Part shown: positions 13,554 through 26,200 of the stretch, in pieces
Numbering within the stretch: position 1 is the stretch's first letter
Layout of the letters: the number at the start of each line of letters is the position of its first letter
From: Phoronis australis
Lineage: Eukaryota; Animalia; Phoronida
Length of the DNA stretch: 64,000 nucleotides
Direction: 5' to 3'
Assembly (NCBI GenBank): GCA_002633005.1
Contig: NMRA01000708.1
Span: 124,001-188,000 of the forward strand
Made by a program: the position numbers and the translations under genes
The notes under the pieces: generated by a model
Told to the model about the DNA's origin: nothing
The model's database searches: none
The model's input: only the letters and a program-made list of their open reading frames with translations

Positions 13554-14904
13554 TTACTTCAACAGCCTGGACTTTTAAAAAGTCTTGTATATTTTGAGAC
13601 TTAGTTGTTTCAATCATACAACCAGCCATCGGAGTAGATGCACAGTACTGGAGTATTTATCGAATATATTCATTATCATAATACGTTCGCTTTGTTGATT
13701 CAAAACAATATCGCTCATAAGCACATTGTCAAAACTTATTGCTCCCAGAGTCCTCGTTCAAGTTTTGTCTAAGGCCGGGTTCCATGGCTTTATCGTGGGT
13801 CTTGGTACGTGGGAGGCTAATCTGAATCCATAACTCTCGAAACACACACTAAGCCTTCAGCCAACAGTCGGTGGGGCTTCAAGGAACTCTAAAATGTGTG
13901 CAGGACCTTATAGACGAGTCAGCGTATTTTGCCCTATACCTGCAAAACCTTAGATTTGAAATAAGTCACGTATATGTTTTTTGAAAGTAGATATCCCGTA
14001 GAACTTGCAGTTTTTACCCATCCTCCGTGAATATGCCATGTGATCATGTCTTTAGGTGATATAGCAAAAACAAAAGTAGATTGATATCAATTAAATAACG
14101 GTATCCGTAATAACATGACCAAATGTCAAATAAATGTTCAGAATAGAATCTACAAAACGCTGATACAGTTATCTAAATTCAATTTCGCTTCATGTAACTT
14201 TTATTTTTTCACGAAAATCATAATAGAAATCCTATATTATTTGATAGGGCTTCTTGTGCAATTTAAAAAAACCCGACTCTGGCTAAGCGTTGTGGAGAAG
14301 AGTGAATAAAGTAAAGTTTCATTTGAATCTTATAATCAACATTGATTAGGTGTGATGTTCTGAGTATAGCCAAACTTGTGTGGTTTTCAGTCCACTCAGG
14401 AAGTGATCAAATGACGGAGCCGCCAAAACAAAATCGTCCGACGACCGACGAGGGACGGTTACGTCAATGACCGCATTTCAGAGGGCAGCCGGCGGCATCC
14501 TTTCCTCACCCAGAACTGTCTCGGTAGTCACCAGCTTCAAAGACGGAACCGAATCACCCCCGAGTACCTGGCTGCCTTGAATGAAGTACCGGCCGTAAAA
14601 CTACCTAGTACCGACCCTGAGTATAGCCAACGCGGCCCCCGGCCGGGGAGGTCACCCACCCCTGACATTAACTGAATATGAGCATCGGCGCAAATCGAAC
14701 ATTGTACGTAGAACTTGAAAATCCCCTATATGAGGGTGTCATCCTAATTCCGACCCCTTCATCATTGCGGGGGAACCGGCGTTGCATAATGCCAGGACGT
14801 CACGTGGGGTAATGGTTTGAAAATTCTTTACATTGAACAATTAAGGCTCAATGACACTGAGCGGTAAGTTTCCCGTTCCGAAAAGTGACTTTCGAAGGGG
14901 TTTC

Positions 14905-15376
14905 TGAGCGGGGATAACATCTAACTTCTTTGTTAACTGTCAAGCACAGTCTTTTCAGTGTCCGTTATGACAAAATGATCATGATGAGGCACGCATCAGG
15001 TTCGAGACCACCGTGTGTGAACACCGCTTCGGTCAGTTGCGGGCCCGGAGTGGGCGATTTTGGCGATTCCGGCAAAAACTAAACATGATCACCATTTGAC
15101 GAGGATTTCAGAAATGCTATTGGTTTATGTTCAAATATGTTATAACTTAACTTTTATTTTTAACAGCACAGCCCAGACATGCCCTGGCTATAGCCCGGCT
15201 ATATCTATGAGGATTAGAGCCTCAATCATTGAACAAAAGCCACTGAGCTGGCCCTCCAAAAATGCCAGAATGGAATTAATCAGTCGTTTAAGATATTGGC
15301 TACAGGGGTAAATTTCCCAACTTTTTATTGGGCTATAGAATTATCGAACAAGTTGGGAGCACCGGGAAAAGCCGTG
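14905..15376. repeat. Dispersed repeat, second copy at about 33868-34370
   Basis: Shared colinear blocks, e.g. caaatatgttataacttaacttt, aaatgccagaatg, tgggctatagaat and cgaacaagttgggagca. Confidence 0.75.
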
Positions 15377-15639
15377 AAAAAAAAACTATCCGGGGTCATT
15401 TTTAATATAGTGATCATAACATCATGATTTTATATACATGTAAAATGACCTGCGGGTCACCTGACGGTGTTACACTGGGCGGGTGCCTAGCTCGCCCTAG
15501 GCGTAGCCGGTGGGTTCGTTCCTTTAGCTGGGGTCATTTTCCGAAATAAGCACCCGAAACTTAGAACAGTGAAAACGATAGGGGTCATTTAAGGGCACAC
15601 TGGTGACCTTGACGGTCCATCACTTTAACAAAGCGGCTC

Positions 15640-15784
15640 CTATTGGTAAAAGAATAAGCCTACTTCCGGCGTCCATGTACATGTGAACCGAGGAAGACTG
15701 GAAGTGTTTTTGTCGGCGGCAAATAAAGAGCCCAAGTCAAGCAGACATCGACAGCCTCCTAAGGTGTCCCTCTATGCATAAAAG
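15640..15784 (+). promoter_or_regulatory. Candidate housekeeping promoter and non-coding first exon of AGGF1
   Basis: Inverted CCAAT (ATTGG at 15642), ETS site ACTTCCGG (15662) and a possible donor aaag|gtactt. The AGGF1 ATG follows a splice acceptor, so an upstream exon is expected. Confidence 0.3.
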
Positions 15785-15862
15785 GTACTTATAGCAACAT
15801 GACTTTGATGGTTGAATCCACAAGCAACCGAATTTCCCATTGACTCATAACCAGACTTTGCA

Positions 15863-17429
15863 CACAGGCGTCCTCAGGTTCTGATCGATCGTCCCCAAAA
15901 CACTGTATAATACTGCAAGGTATGACACTCCGGACTAGAAATTCTACGGGCGCTTCACTTCAGCCGTCCGTAGCAAACTCAAAACTCAATAAATTTACAC
16001 AAAACAGAGGTTCAACAAACCATTGAGGAATTGTTCTTTCTCCCAATACCATTTACGGTGCTGCCCCTACGCCACGGTGTCCTGCTCCACCGAGTTCATA
16101 AGAAATTCTTGGTCAAAGCACAAAAATGTTCCCAAAAAGTCCACGCATCGAGCCTCCTTGGACGGTTCGAGGTCAAGGACACTACAGAATTATCCGATGA
16201 GTTATGGATATACGGCAATTGCCGATTCATCACGGAAGGTTTAATATCTTTAATATCTCCAAATGCAATAATATTCATATCCACAGAAAACGTTCCCCCA
16301 TAATATACAATTACAGCCTACACAATGCTTCACTCAAATGCATTAATGAAGCCCCATACCTCGGGGTCACTTTCACCCATAATTTATCATGGAACACTCG
16401 TATCTAGACGCAATCAGCTCAAAGGCAAAAAACTCTTGGCTTCATTAAACGAAATCTCAGATACGCTCCTCGAAAAACAAAAGCCCTTGCCTACACTTCA
16501 CTTGTTGGACCAAAACTAGAATACTCCTCCTCTGTCTGGGACTCATCCACTCGTAAAACATTGAAAAAATAGAAATGATAGAGCAGCCAGGTTTGTTTTA
16601 AATGACCACTCAAGGTACTCATCCGTTTCATCCATGCTCAAAACTCTCAATTGGCCCACCCTCCAGGAAAGACGAGCTCAGAACAAACTATCCCTTCTGT
16701 ACAAGACCGTACATAACCTGGTTGCTATTCCTGACTCATACCTTCCACTCCTACAGACCTCCTGATCACCAAACTCCCACTCCCATACCTTTGAGAGATT
16801 ATACATCCGCACTGCATACTACCCAAACTCTTTCTTTCCATCTACCATTCTACTCTGGAATAGACTTCCATCTCATCAGAAACAATAGAAATATTCACAA
16901 GTCACATCAATCTTACACAGTAATCATTAAGACCTGTTTTATCTTGGCACTAACCAGCACTTCGTCTTATCGTTATTTTTCACAGTTCCATGCACCTTGG
17001 TTTTATACTAACAATGCGCCAACAAGTAAGGATGGATACCACGATCGTTTGTTGTATATAGGAAGAAGAAGAAGAAGAGGAAGGTTACGAATGGTCTAGA
17101 GTTATCAATGTCGTCACACTCCGTGACAAATCGGCAATTGCCATACTGTCCTTGACCTCGAACTGTCCACAGAGGCTTGAACATTTTTGTGCTTTGACTG
17201 CGAATTTGTTGCAATCTCGCTGGAGCAGGACACCGTGAATGGTATTGGGAGAAAGAACAATTGCTAATGGTTTGTTGAAACCTTGTTTTGTGTTACAAAT
17301 TTATTGGGTTTTGTGTTTGATGTAGAAGGCTGAAGTGAAGCACCTGTGGAATTTCTGGTCGGGAGTGTCATACCTTGTAGTATTATACATATAGTGTATT
17401 GGGGACGATCAGAAGCTGTGGACGCCTGT
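15863..17429. mobile_element. Foldback non-autonomous DNA element (CACAGGCGTC termini) interrupted by a LINE
   Basis: 15863-16236 is a gapped reverse complement of about 17120-17429; same termini as the short copy at 34625-34749. Confidence 0.8.
16242..17078 (+). mobile_element. 5'-truncated CR1/L2-group LINE 3' end
   Basis: Degraded RT C-terminal motifs (YLGVTF..NLSW, LGFIKRNL, AYTSLV.PKLEY, RAARFV, SFFP.T..LWN.LP); (GAA)n tail; TSD GGAAGGTT at 16234-16241 and 17079-17086. Confidence 0.85.
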
Positions 17430-20263
17430 GGTAGAAACGTCATGGCTTGGGCCAAGGCTCCCTGAGCAACATGTAGCCATCCAGGCGATGTAACTGTCTA
17501 AAGGCTTCCAGCCATATAGCCGGGCATAGGAATAGGCATAGGAATGCAGATTTAATGTTAGACACAAACTTTGCCGAACATAGGCTCCCAACGTCTACTG
17601 TCCCAAATCCAAGTTAAATCTGCGTGCAACTCCATCAGACTGGTATTACATAAACCTCCGAAGCCTTTTCTACCCCTGATTCCATTAAATTGTCTTTGTG
17701 AGTGGTGAATTGGCGACGGAATTTCCAAAACAAGCAGAACACTGAATTCAAGGAGACGAAGTAAATAGTTAACTTGGTGGGTTTCAGTTTTGCTTTAACT
17801 TGTACGCCTGTTGAAGATAAATTTTGAGTTTGAGCAAGCAACCCCTCTGTCAAGAAATTTGTCTGCCGTTTGAATGACTGAGGTTATTAAAATTAGCGTT
17901 CCACTTATTTGTAATTTGCTTCTTCTCATTTTATCACTTAAGTAACCTAGACTTTAACTGCAAGAACAGGCCTACCTTGTATCTGATCTTGACATTATGT
18001 GCTACTCCTGGTTGAAGCAGAATGAAGACTTGGCTTTTTGCAGAAATTTAAAATGTCTGACCATACGTTTAGTCACAGGAAACATGAAATCACCCATCAG
18101 CAACTGCCCGATTTTGTAGTCTGCCTAAGTTAGTAGCCAGAAACCTGTTCTTCTTCAGTTATCAACAACGTTATTTTACAAAACCAGAGTTCAGATAGTT
18201 TCTCACTGACACTACATTATGTGGAGGGCACTCAAATAATATTTGTGGGCATGCGAAAACAGAGTTTCAGAATTGCTTCGATTGTGTACGAAGGTCGTCT
18301 ACCACGAATGTCACAAAATAGCCTCCTTGAATTTGTGATTTTGGTGTTTTTTGACATTTTTGTCATCAAATCACCACTTGAAGGCAATTTGATTTGATCA
18401 AGTGAAAGAAGGTATTCAAAGATTTGTTCGATGTTGGTTCCAGATAGTTCCATGCACATTTGACTAGAAAATTCTGCGCATACTGATTTTTAGTGTCCAA
18501 CCTTTTTGTTTTTTATGTAGTGAGTGGTGTCAGTGGCGATCCAGAAACAGATAAACACAGCGCTTATGGTTTAATCAGTGTGAGGCATAATTTGTTGAAA
18601 AGCTTCTTCTGTTAGCCATTTTGGCCCCTTTTCAGCATGGCAGAATCCAGTCAATATCCAAACTTTTGATTTGTTTAGATATTGAATAATTTGCTATGTT
18701 GCCTAGGCTAACATCTTCTGCAGTTATTTTGATTACAGAGTGCGAGCTTTACTTTTTTATCTTCTTTACAGGAGATGAGAGTTAGAAACACAGAAATTTC
18801 GTAATGAGTTCCTGTTTTAGGATGAACTCTACCATTTCTCAATGATTAAGCACAACTTCATCTAAGTGATTCTGGAAGTGACTCAAGATATTCCCAGTCC
18901 TATGAAAGTAATTTCTCACTTAACTTAATTTCTTTTCCGCTGTCGACATTTGAAAATTGGAATTTTTAAAATGGCCACTCGTAACGCTCTTTAAAATGCA
19001 TGAAATTCATAGACAAAAACATGCATAAATTTCTCAGACACTGTCCAATTTTGATGATTCTCTTTTAATTTGTACAATTACTAAATAACCCCTTGCATAT
19101 GAGATTCAGTTGGCAATTGGTATTTGGACAAAAAGGTTTATGTTGTCCCGTAACACAGTCGACTCGCGAATATGGAACTTGATTGTGATTTACCCGAAGC
19201 CGTTTTAAATTTACTTGCATTGCTTCATCCAAAGGGAATGTTAAAATAACGGTCATCCTTTTCATCTGTGCTATATGCGATGCAGACGTTGAGAGCCAAT
19301 CAACGCTCTGCGTGGCTCTTGTTTATAGTATGTATACAGTTAATGATTACAGAAATGTGTATGAAAAAAGAATAATTGAAGTATAGTTATAAGGTGGTGT
19401 TCAAACAAATTATGAAAGTCTTTGGAATGTGGTAAGATTGATGTTTTTGCACTTTCTTTATGTAGTTGTATATCAAAATTTATTTATTTGGCAAAGTCTT
19501 TTAAGTCTGAAAGCTTGAATGATGTCTTTTTGCTAACTATTAGCAATTGCTAATGTGCTCTATAATTTTCAAAGACATTCATTCACAGTTCCAGGATACC
19601 CTTCTAATTTGCTTTGGGTCAAAAGTGGTCTGATATTCTGTCACAAGTTGTTAGTGAAATTCTCAATTTGCGTTAGTCTCATTTACAAAATAAACATTTC
19701 ATGCTCAGGTTTTCATTCAGCTGCACAGAAAGATCTGATTATGTTACAAATTTTCTTTGATATTTTCAAGAGCTCTTTTGCTGAAAAGGGGCCGTTTTTA
19801 AGGCTCTAAACTCAGAAGCGTTCACCAATTTTCAAAAATTAAAAAAAAATAATGCAAATCATTTGAAAGTGTTTTCTTGTGTTTCTGATAAAAGTATTCT
19901 CACCCTATTTATGGGACCATGGTAACTTCTTCCAACACAGGTGATGGACTGTCTGAAAGCTTGGTTGAACATTCCGAGCAAATCTGTCAGGGGCAAAATC
20001 TATAGGGGGCAAAATCTGTAAAATTGATATGGTGTTCATGTCATGGATTTGTTTGTAGTTGTTTTCTGTAAATTGACTACAAACTGTAATTCTGTTTGTG
20101 TTGCATGTTGTGTTACCTGAGCAAACGCAATTTTATGTCGAGGAATGTCGCGCACTAGTGAAAAGTTTCACTAAATAATACCGTAATGTAATGTAATTTT
20201 GCTGTTTCAGTGACCCTCTCAATAAAACGCATCACCATCATCACCTTGTATTTGTTTATAGAC

Positions 20264-23200
20264 ATGAATGACAGCGAAGAGATCAAACTTCTGCAAGAGA
20301 AAATATCACAGTTAGAAGATGAACTGAAAGACACTAAAGCTGAATTGTGCAGAACGAAGCGGAAACTGTCTCAAATAGAGGAAAAATATGAAAAGTCGGA
20401 CGCATACAATGAAGACTTGAGAAATGAAATTAAAAAGCTTAGCAGTCGACTGCATGAATATAGACAAGCAGAGCTCAGCAGAGACGATAAAATTACACAA
20501 ACTTATGAACCAGAATTTTCCGTCGATCGCGATTCACAAAGCTCAGCGGATGTTTTGTTGTCAAGTGCTGTAGTGCCACCTGTTGGTGAGACTGATGTTG
20601 AGCCGTCAGAGACTCGGACTCTTGCAGAGAGTCTGAAGGCAGCTGCAGAAACAGCGACGCATCAGTCGGGCTTTGTTTATGATGAAAACTATGGAATGTA
20701 TTATGATTATAACACAGGCTACTACTATGATCCAGTAAGTGTTATCTTGGGTTAAAGGTTATGTGCGACCTTATCGACAAGTCCGCATATTTGCTCATAT
20801 TCCTACCAAACCATTGATTTGAACTGAGTAAAAGTAAATATTTTCTGAAAGTACAAAGCCTACAGAATAATTATACCAGTTTGCCATTACATAACCAAAT
20901 CTTTTTAGTAAAGTTTAGCTAAGAAAGAAAAGCACATCCACTGTAAAACAACACTATCGATGACACCGCCAAATTTTGTTTCAATTTAAGTAATTCAATA
21001 TGAAAGCTCAGAATTATTCTTAAGTTTTTTTAAATTATTGGTTTGTTTTTGCTTTTCTTCAACTTTTGGGTTTATATAAAAATCAAAGAAGTCTAATTTT
21101 TGGTAGCATGCAAAAGTGGAACATAGCAATTCTCAACAGCATTTTAGAGAACTGCATAAGGCGTATTATAGTACATGAAAGTTCAAGGAGGCAGTGTGGC
21201 CTGGTGCGATAGGTGCCCGCTTTCTTTACTCAAGGCCGGGGGTTCGAGTCCAACTGGGTCACACTGCTAGACCCTTGAGTCGCGTTTCTAGCTCCTCAGC
21301 TTGGTTTTCACTACATATTAATAAAGCATAAAAATGGCTCCAGGTGATTAGTGCACTGGGCCCACCTGAGCGGACTGCACACATGTTGTACCAGACTGCC
21401 TGCTGTTATTTTTTATAGGAAAGTTTCACATGACTCTGATGGTCCATTTCTGAGATAGGAATCTCCAAGGTTTGCCAGATTTAGACATTTTTCGAGGGCG
21501 GTCCTTTCAAACCTTAAAGGGACATTGACGGAATTATAGACATCCTGCTCAACGTTTTGTGACATGGATTATTTATTCAGGAAAATGCTGCTTATATCTC
21601 TTTGTGCATAGATGCTGTATATTGCTTTTGATGTGCTTCGATGCACTGTAAAAGGCATTACACTGATGTGCCAATGAAGTGGGTCATGGGTGCATTCAAT
21701 GAGGAACCCTGTAACATAGTTATTTATTCTTCCTTAAAATACAGCAAGACTTATTTTTGGACTACTTTTGCCTTGACCTCTGATGATACATGTACCAACT
21801 GAAGCAAATTGAAATGAAAAAGTGGCTTTGGATGCAAATTCTTCTCGATGCTGGCTGTGATTTAAATTTCAATTGCATGCCAGGCTCGTAAATGAAAATT
21901 GATTCATAACCTTAGTTTGTGAATTTCAGAAAAAGTGCCTTTACTACGACTCAAATTCTGGGATATATTACCGTTTCAACCAGAGCACCAATGAGTATGA
22001 ATACCACTCGCAGATTGACCTGTCGCAGTACAATTTCTATGACAACGCTAGTGATAATCAGCCAATGGAAACGGAGAGAGCTCATAAGGAACTCAAGAGG
22101 AAGAAAAAAGATAAGCATAGAGATGTAAGTTTTAAAGGCAGACTAGACCAGTCTGTTGATTGGAGTTGATGTAAAAAGTTTTTCACAACTTAAACTTCAT
22201 GTACATTCAGGGCTTGCTGCGAGGCATAACGTCGACTCGCCAAGTGGGACCTGGCGTGTGAAATAGCAACTTTTTGATTAAAGCCACATGGCATTACAAT
22301 ATCTGGTCTTGACCTGTTTCCTACTTAGATAAGAAGTGGTTTTTGGTCTTGTGAATAACTGACAATGTGGTTATTTCTTGAGCAGTGATGAACTTTCAGT
22401 TCCACCCAAGCTCATAAATCATTTGTAATTCGACTGAGGGACAAGTTCAGGCAAGTTTTATTAGTGTTTAGGTCTGAACCAAAAGTGAGTTTTCATGAAA
22501 AATGTCAAGTTCATAGCAGCTTTAAAAATATACTATTTTATGGTTGTTTTGTTGTATCACTTTTTACACTGCATAGTTTGGAAATAAACTACCTTTCTTT
22601 TTTGAATTAGGAGGAAAGTTTGGCGGATATTACGGACGCGCTGTCAAATTTAAACATACAACAGTTGCGACAGAATGCAATAGGTACGTAAACTTGACAA
22701 GTCATCTTATTTCCAGAAGAAACTCAAGAAATGTATTCGGAAGGAATCTCTTCTAAGTGCAAGTGACCATTTGGTTCCAAAAGAAGTTCCGAAAAACCTC
22801 AAGCCAATGAGTGACGGAACGGACAAATTTGTCGAAGAATTTGACTCGGATAGCGAACCGGAAGAAGTTGATACAACAGCTGCTGAAAACATTGAGGTAG
22901 TGACAGATGGTCTCCAAGGAAATGGTTCCCGTGGCAACAGTCCAGAGGAGAGTGACATGGAGGAGGGAGAGTTGTCTGACTCATCGTCGTCTAGTAGCGA
23001 AGTGACATCTGAAGGGGACTACGAGAGTGAAGGTTAACGACGCTAGATCTTACCTGTTCAGCCAGCTTGGCACTGACTTGATTACACAATAGATGGCGCT
23101 TATAGTCACACTACTCTTAAGACAGGTTTTACAAATAAATTAATTGTCAGGGACCTGCAGTATTCCAAGATGGGAGTGGGTGACATTTGATACCCTTACT

Positions 23201-26200
23201 AGTGTGTAAGCAATGTACTGCTCGGTATATGGTATCAATCATTGTAGACCTGTTTTGATCTCAGACATTGTGGAACAACGCAGAACAGTATAAACCTTTA
23301 TTCGGTTAACTCATCTTGCTCCGTTATGAAAGGCAGGATGTTCTCGCTGACGGCATTCTTTTCTCGCAAAATTTTTGTCCTAGGTTTGTTTCTCATGCGC
23401 CAACTTTTAATTTCCTGATAAACTCTAATTCACTTTTTGGTCGTAATGCGGATTATTTCTGTGGCAACTAATCAGTTATTTTATTCAACTTTTTATGTTT
23501 AATTCAGGTGCTATTGATGCTAGGTTCAGAAAAAATGTCAACTTTTATTGTTAATGAAACATTAACTTTTTGGTTATCATAAGTTACGGTCATACAGTTA
23601 TGACTTTTTACCAGTCACATTCCAGTTGTACACAGACGTTTGGATAATACTAGCGAAGCGTTTGGTAACTCCTGCCCCTAGAAAGTGAATTGAATTGTGG
23701 TCCATGAGACAAGAAATATGTTACTGTCAGAACAAGTTGTAGTTCCTTAGGAAGAAAATGCAGTTCTTAAGAAAAGAACGCTGTTAGTGAGAATGCCTTT
23801 GCAGTTCGGGAGGGTGGAACACTGATTATGTTAATGAATTATGTTTGAAGCTGCTGCAGCCCGTGTTTGCATGAGATGGTCAGTTTTGCGCCCTCTTTCA
23901 GGAAGTTCAGCCGTGCATTATCCTCCGTGCATCCGAGTGATAGTTCAGAAATCTGACACTCTTGACGAGGGGACGCTGTTCATCTTTACGTGCACAGGTG
24001 CAACTGTCGGCAGAGAGAACAACATGGGCCATGCAGTATTGGTACCAGATATGAACGTCAGCAAGGTTAGTTTTGTTACTGAATTGCTGTTGCCGCTGTA
24101 ATTTTTTAGTGCTTTGATGCCCTGAGCTATGATAACTGAGGGCCAGGGGAACAAGAATTGCTGATGGATGGTACATTTACACTTCCTTATTAAAGTCACA
24201 ATCACATTCAAATTTTTAATGGACTTTAACTTCATAATGCTCTAGGTAATGTACTTAGAAGTGTGTAATAGTGTGTTGTGAGTGAGTTTTGTCTCACTGT
24301 CTTGTGTTTCAGATGCACTGCTCCTTGAGTTACGATGATGAAGCCAAAAAGTATATGCTGAAGGACCATGCTAGCCAAAATGGAACTTTCGTCAACTCTG
24401 TGCGAATTTCAGAGGTGAGAAATGATGCATCAATTTCTTTAACTCTGTGGTACAATGTAACAAGTCAACGTAATTATAACTCTTAGATTTTCACTTGTTT
24501 CCCTTATTTTTGTGATATATGTAGATGTGGTCAAACTTATAAGTTCCTGTCTCACTTTTCACTGGCCCTTGAAATAGGTGGAAATAGATCTTTATAGTGT
24601 CACACATGCTATTTCGTTGCATCTATCGTAAGCATGTGCAAAAATCTTAAAAGGGTATCAACAACTGAAGGGTTCTAGGATGGCCAGGTGGTGGGCGGGG
24701 GCATCACTCAACAACCACAGGGTCTTCAGGGCTTGGAATTTTCCGCGGAAACGCGGATTTCCATTTTTTTCAAATGTGCTTTCCGCTTTTTTATAATATT
24801 TCCGCGTAAAAAATCGGATTTGATATAAAATTTCCGCGGCAAATTCCTTTCTTACCGCGGCGTTGCAGACGACGTTCACCTCGAAAAGCGGAAGTTGCTC
24901 TTTATGTTCGGAGGAACGTAAATTGTCAACATTGCCGGGGCATCTGGGATAGCGTGGTGTGATTTTCAATGGCGTCTCGTGTTATTGTTAAGCGTGGCGA
25001 CAAATACTACCGCTGTGCAGCCAAAAATGTGTGGGTTGGGAGTAGACGGGCGAGCTAAAAGGACGCAGATGCATGCTACTGATGGTGGTAACGTTTTTTT
25101 TCTTTTTTTTTTAAGTCCTCCCGATTTTTGTCGGGGAAAGGTTCACATTGACCAGTTCTAGGCTGGTTATCGGGCGATGATTTGGGCTGTAAAAGTTTCA
25201 AAGTTTCCGCGTTTTTTGTCATTGGTCATTCCAAGCCCTGGGGTCTTGCTTTAGTTGGATTCTTCTTTTTGATAGAATCATGAGTGTGAGGTAGTTTGGT
25301 AACAACTGACATCAAGAAATAGATAATTAGGTCAACATTTCACCCCTTCCCAAACTGAATCAAGCTTCCCCAAATTATGTTTAATGTAACATTGGCTCGC
25401 AGTGGCAGTTTTTAATTGAGTGATTTAGGATCAAGGTAGGATGCTTCGACCCTTACAAACCTCTACACGGTTTTCAGCCAAAGGTGATGAGTGAGCCGTG
25501 GCCAATTCAACACGATGACGTCATCACCATAGGTGGAACCTCTCTACTCTGTCACATTCACCCCGGTACAGAGACGTGTGATGGTTGTGAGCCAGGTCAG
25601 GTGCAAGCTAAGTTGGCCCAGCAACAACCTGCTAGAGGTTAGTCATTTAAAGGCAGTACAGTGATAGGCACAGTTGCCAAATTTTTGCCTCAAACGATTC
25701 TAGTGAGCAACGGTAAATCTTGACTTTAAAAAGATTCTATCTACGTGAAATTTTTGATAATTCGAAGGGATTTTTTTGTGTCGTGGTGAGGGGAATTTTG
25801 TGTGATTACTCAATGTTTTTCACATTAGCATGAGCTCAATATCCAACCACCAAATGGAGGCTTCACAGGTTCTGATCATGTGAGGCAATTCTGATAATTA
25901 CGACTAAATTACATTATTTGCTGCCAGGACCTACTGGTTAACAGAACATGAAATTTATTGTTAATTATACTTGGTCACATCTCCAGTGATGGCTGCATCA
26001 TTTCTGCTGCAGACATTGTTATTTTGTCAAGAGAGGAAAAAGAGAAACTAAGAAGGAAAGAGTTGAAGAATATTAGGAAGAAATATGGACTGCAGGTAGG
26101 ATATTTAACACGACTAGCATCGCAATCAGTTAGTTTTTACAGTATCACACTTCTCCATTCGCCCTCTGCAGTAGAGTTATCTCCCTTGTACTAGTACTAA

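Noticed and set aside
14640-14680. ggtcacccaccc as a 5S rRNA or SINE3 remnant
   Set aside because: Match too short.
21187-21265. Possible tRNA gene
   Set aside because: A and B boxes are present, but there is no proper cloverleaf or poly-T terminator; treated as a SINE.
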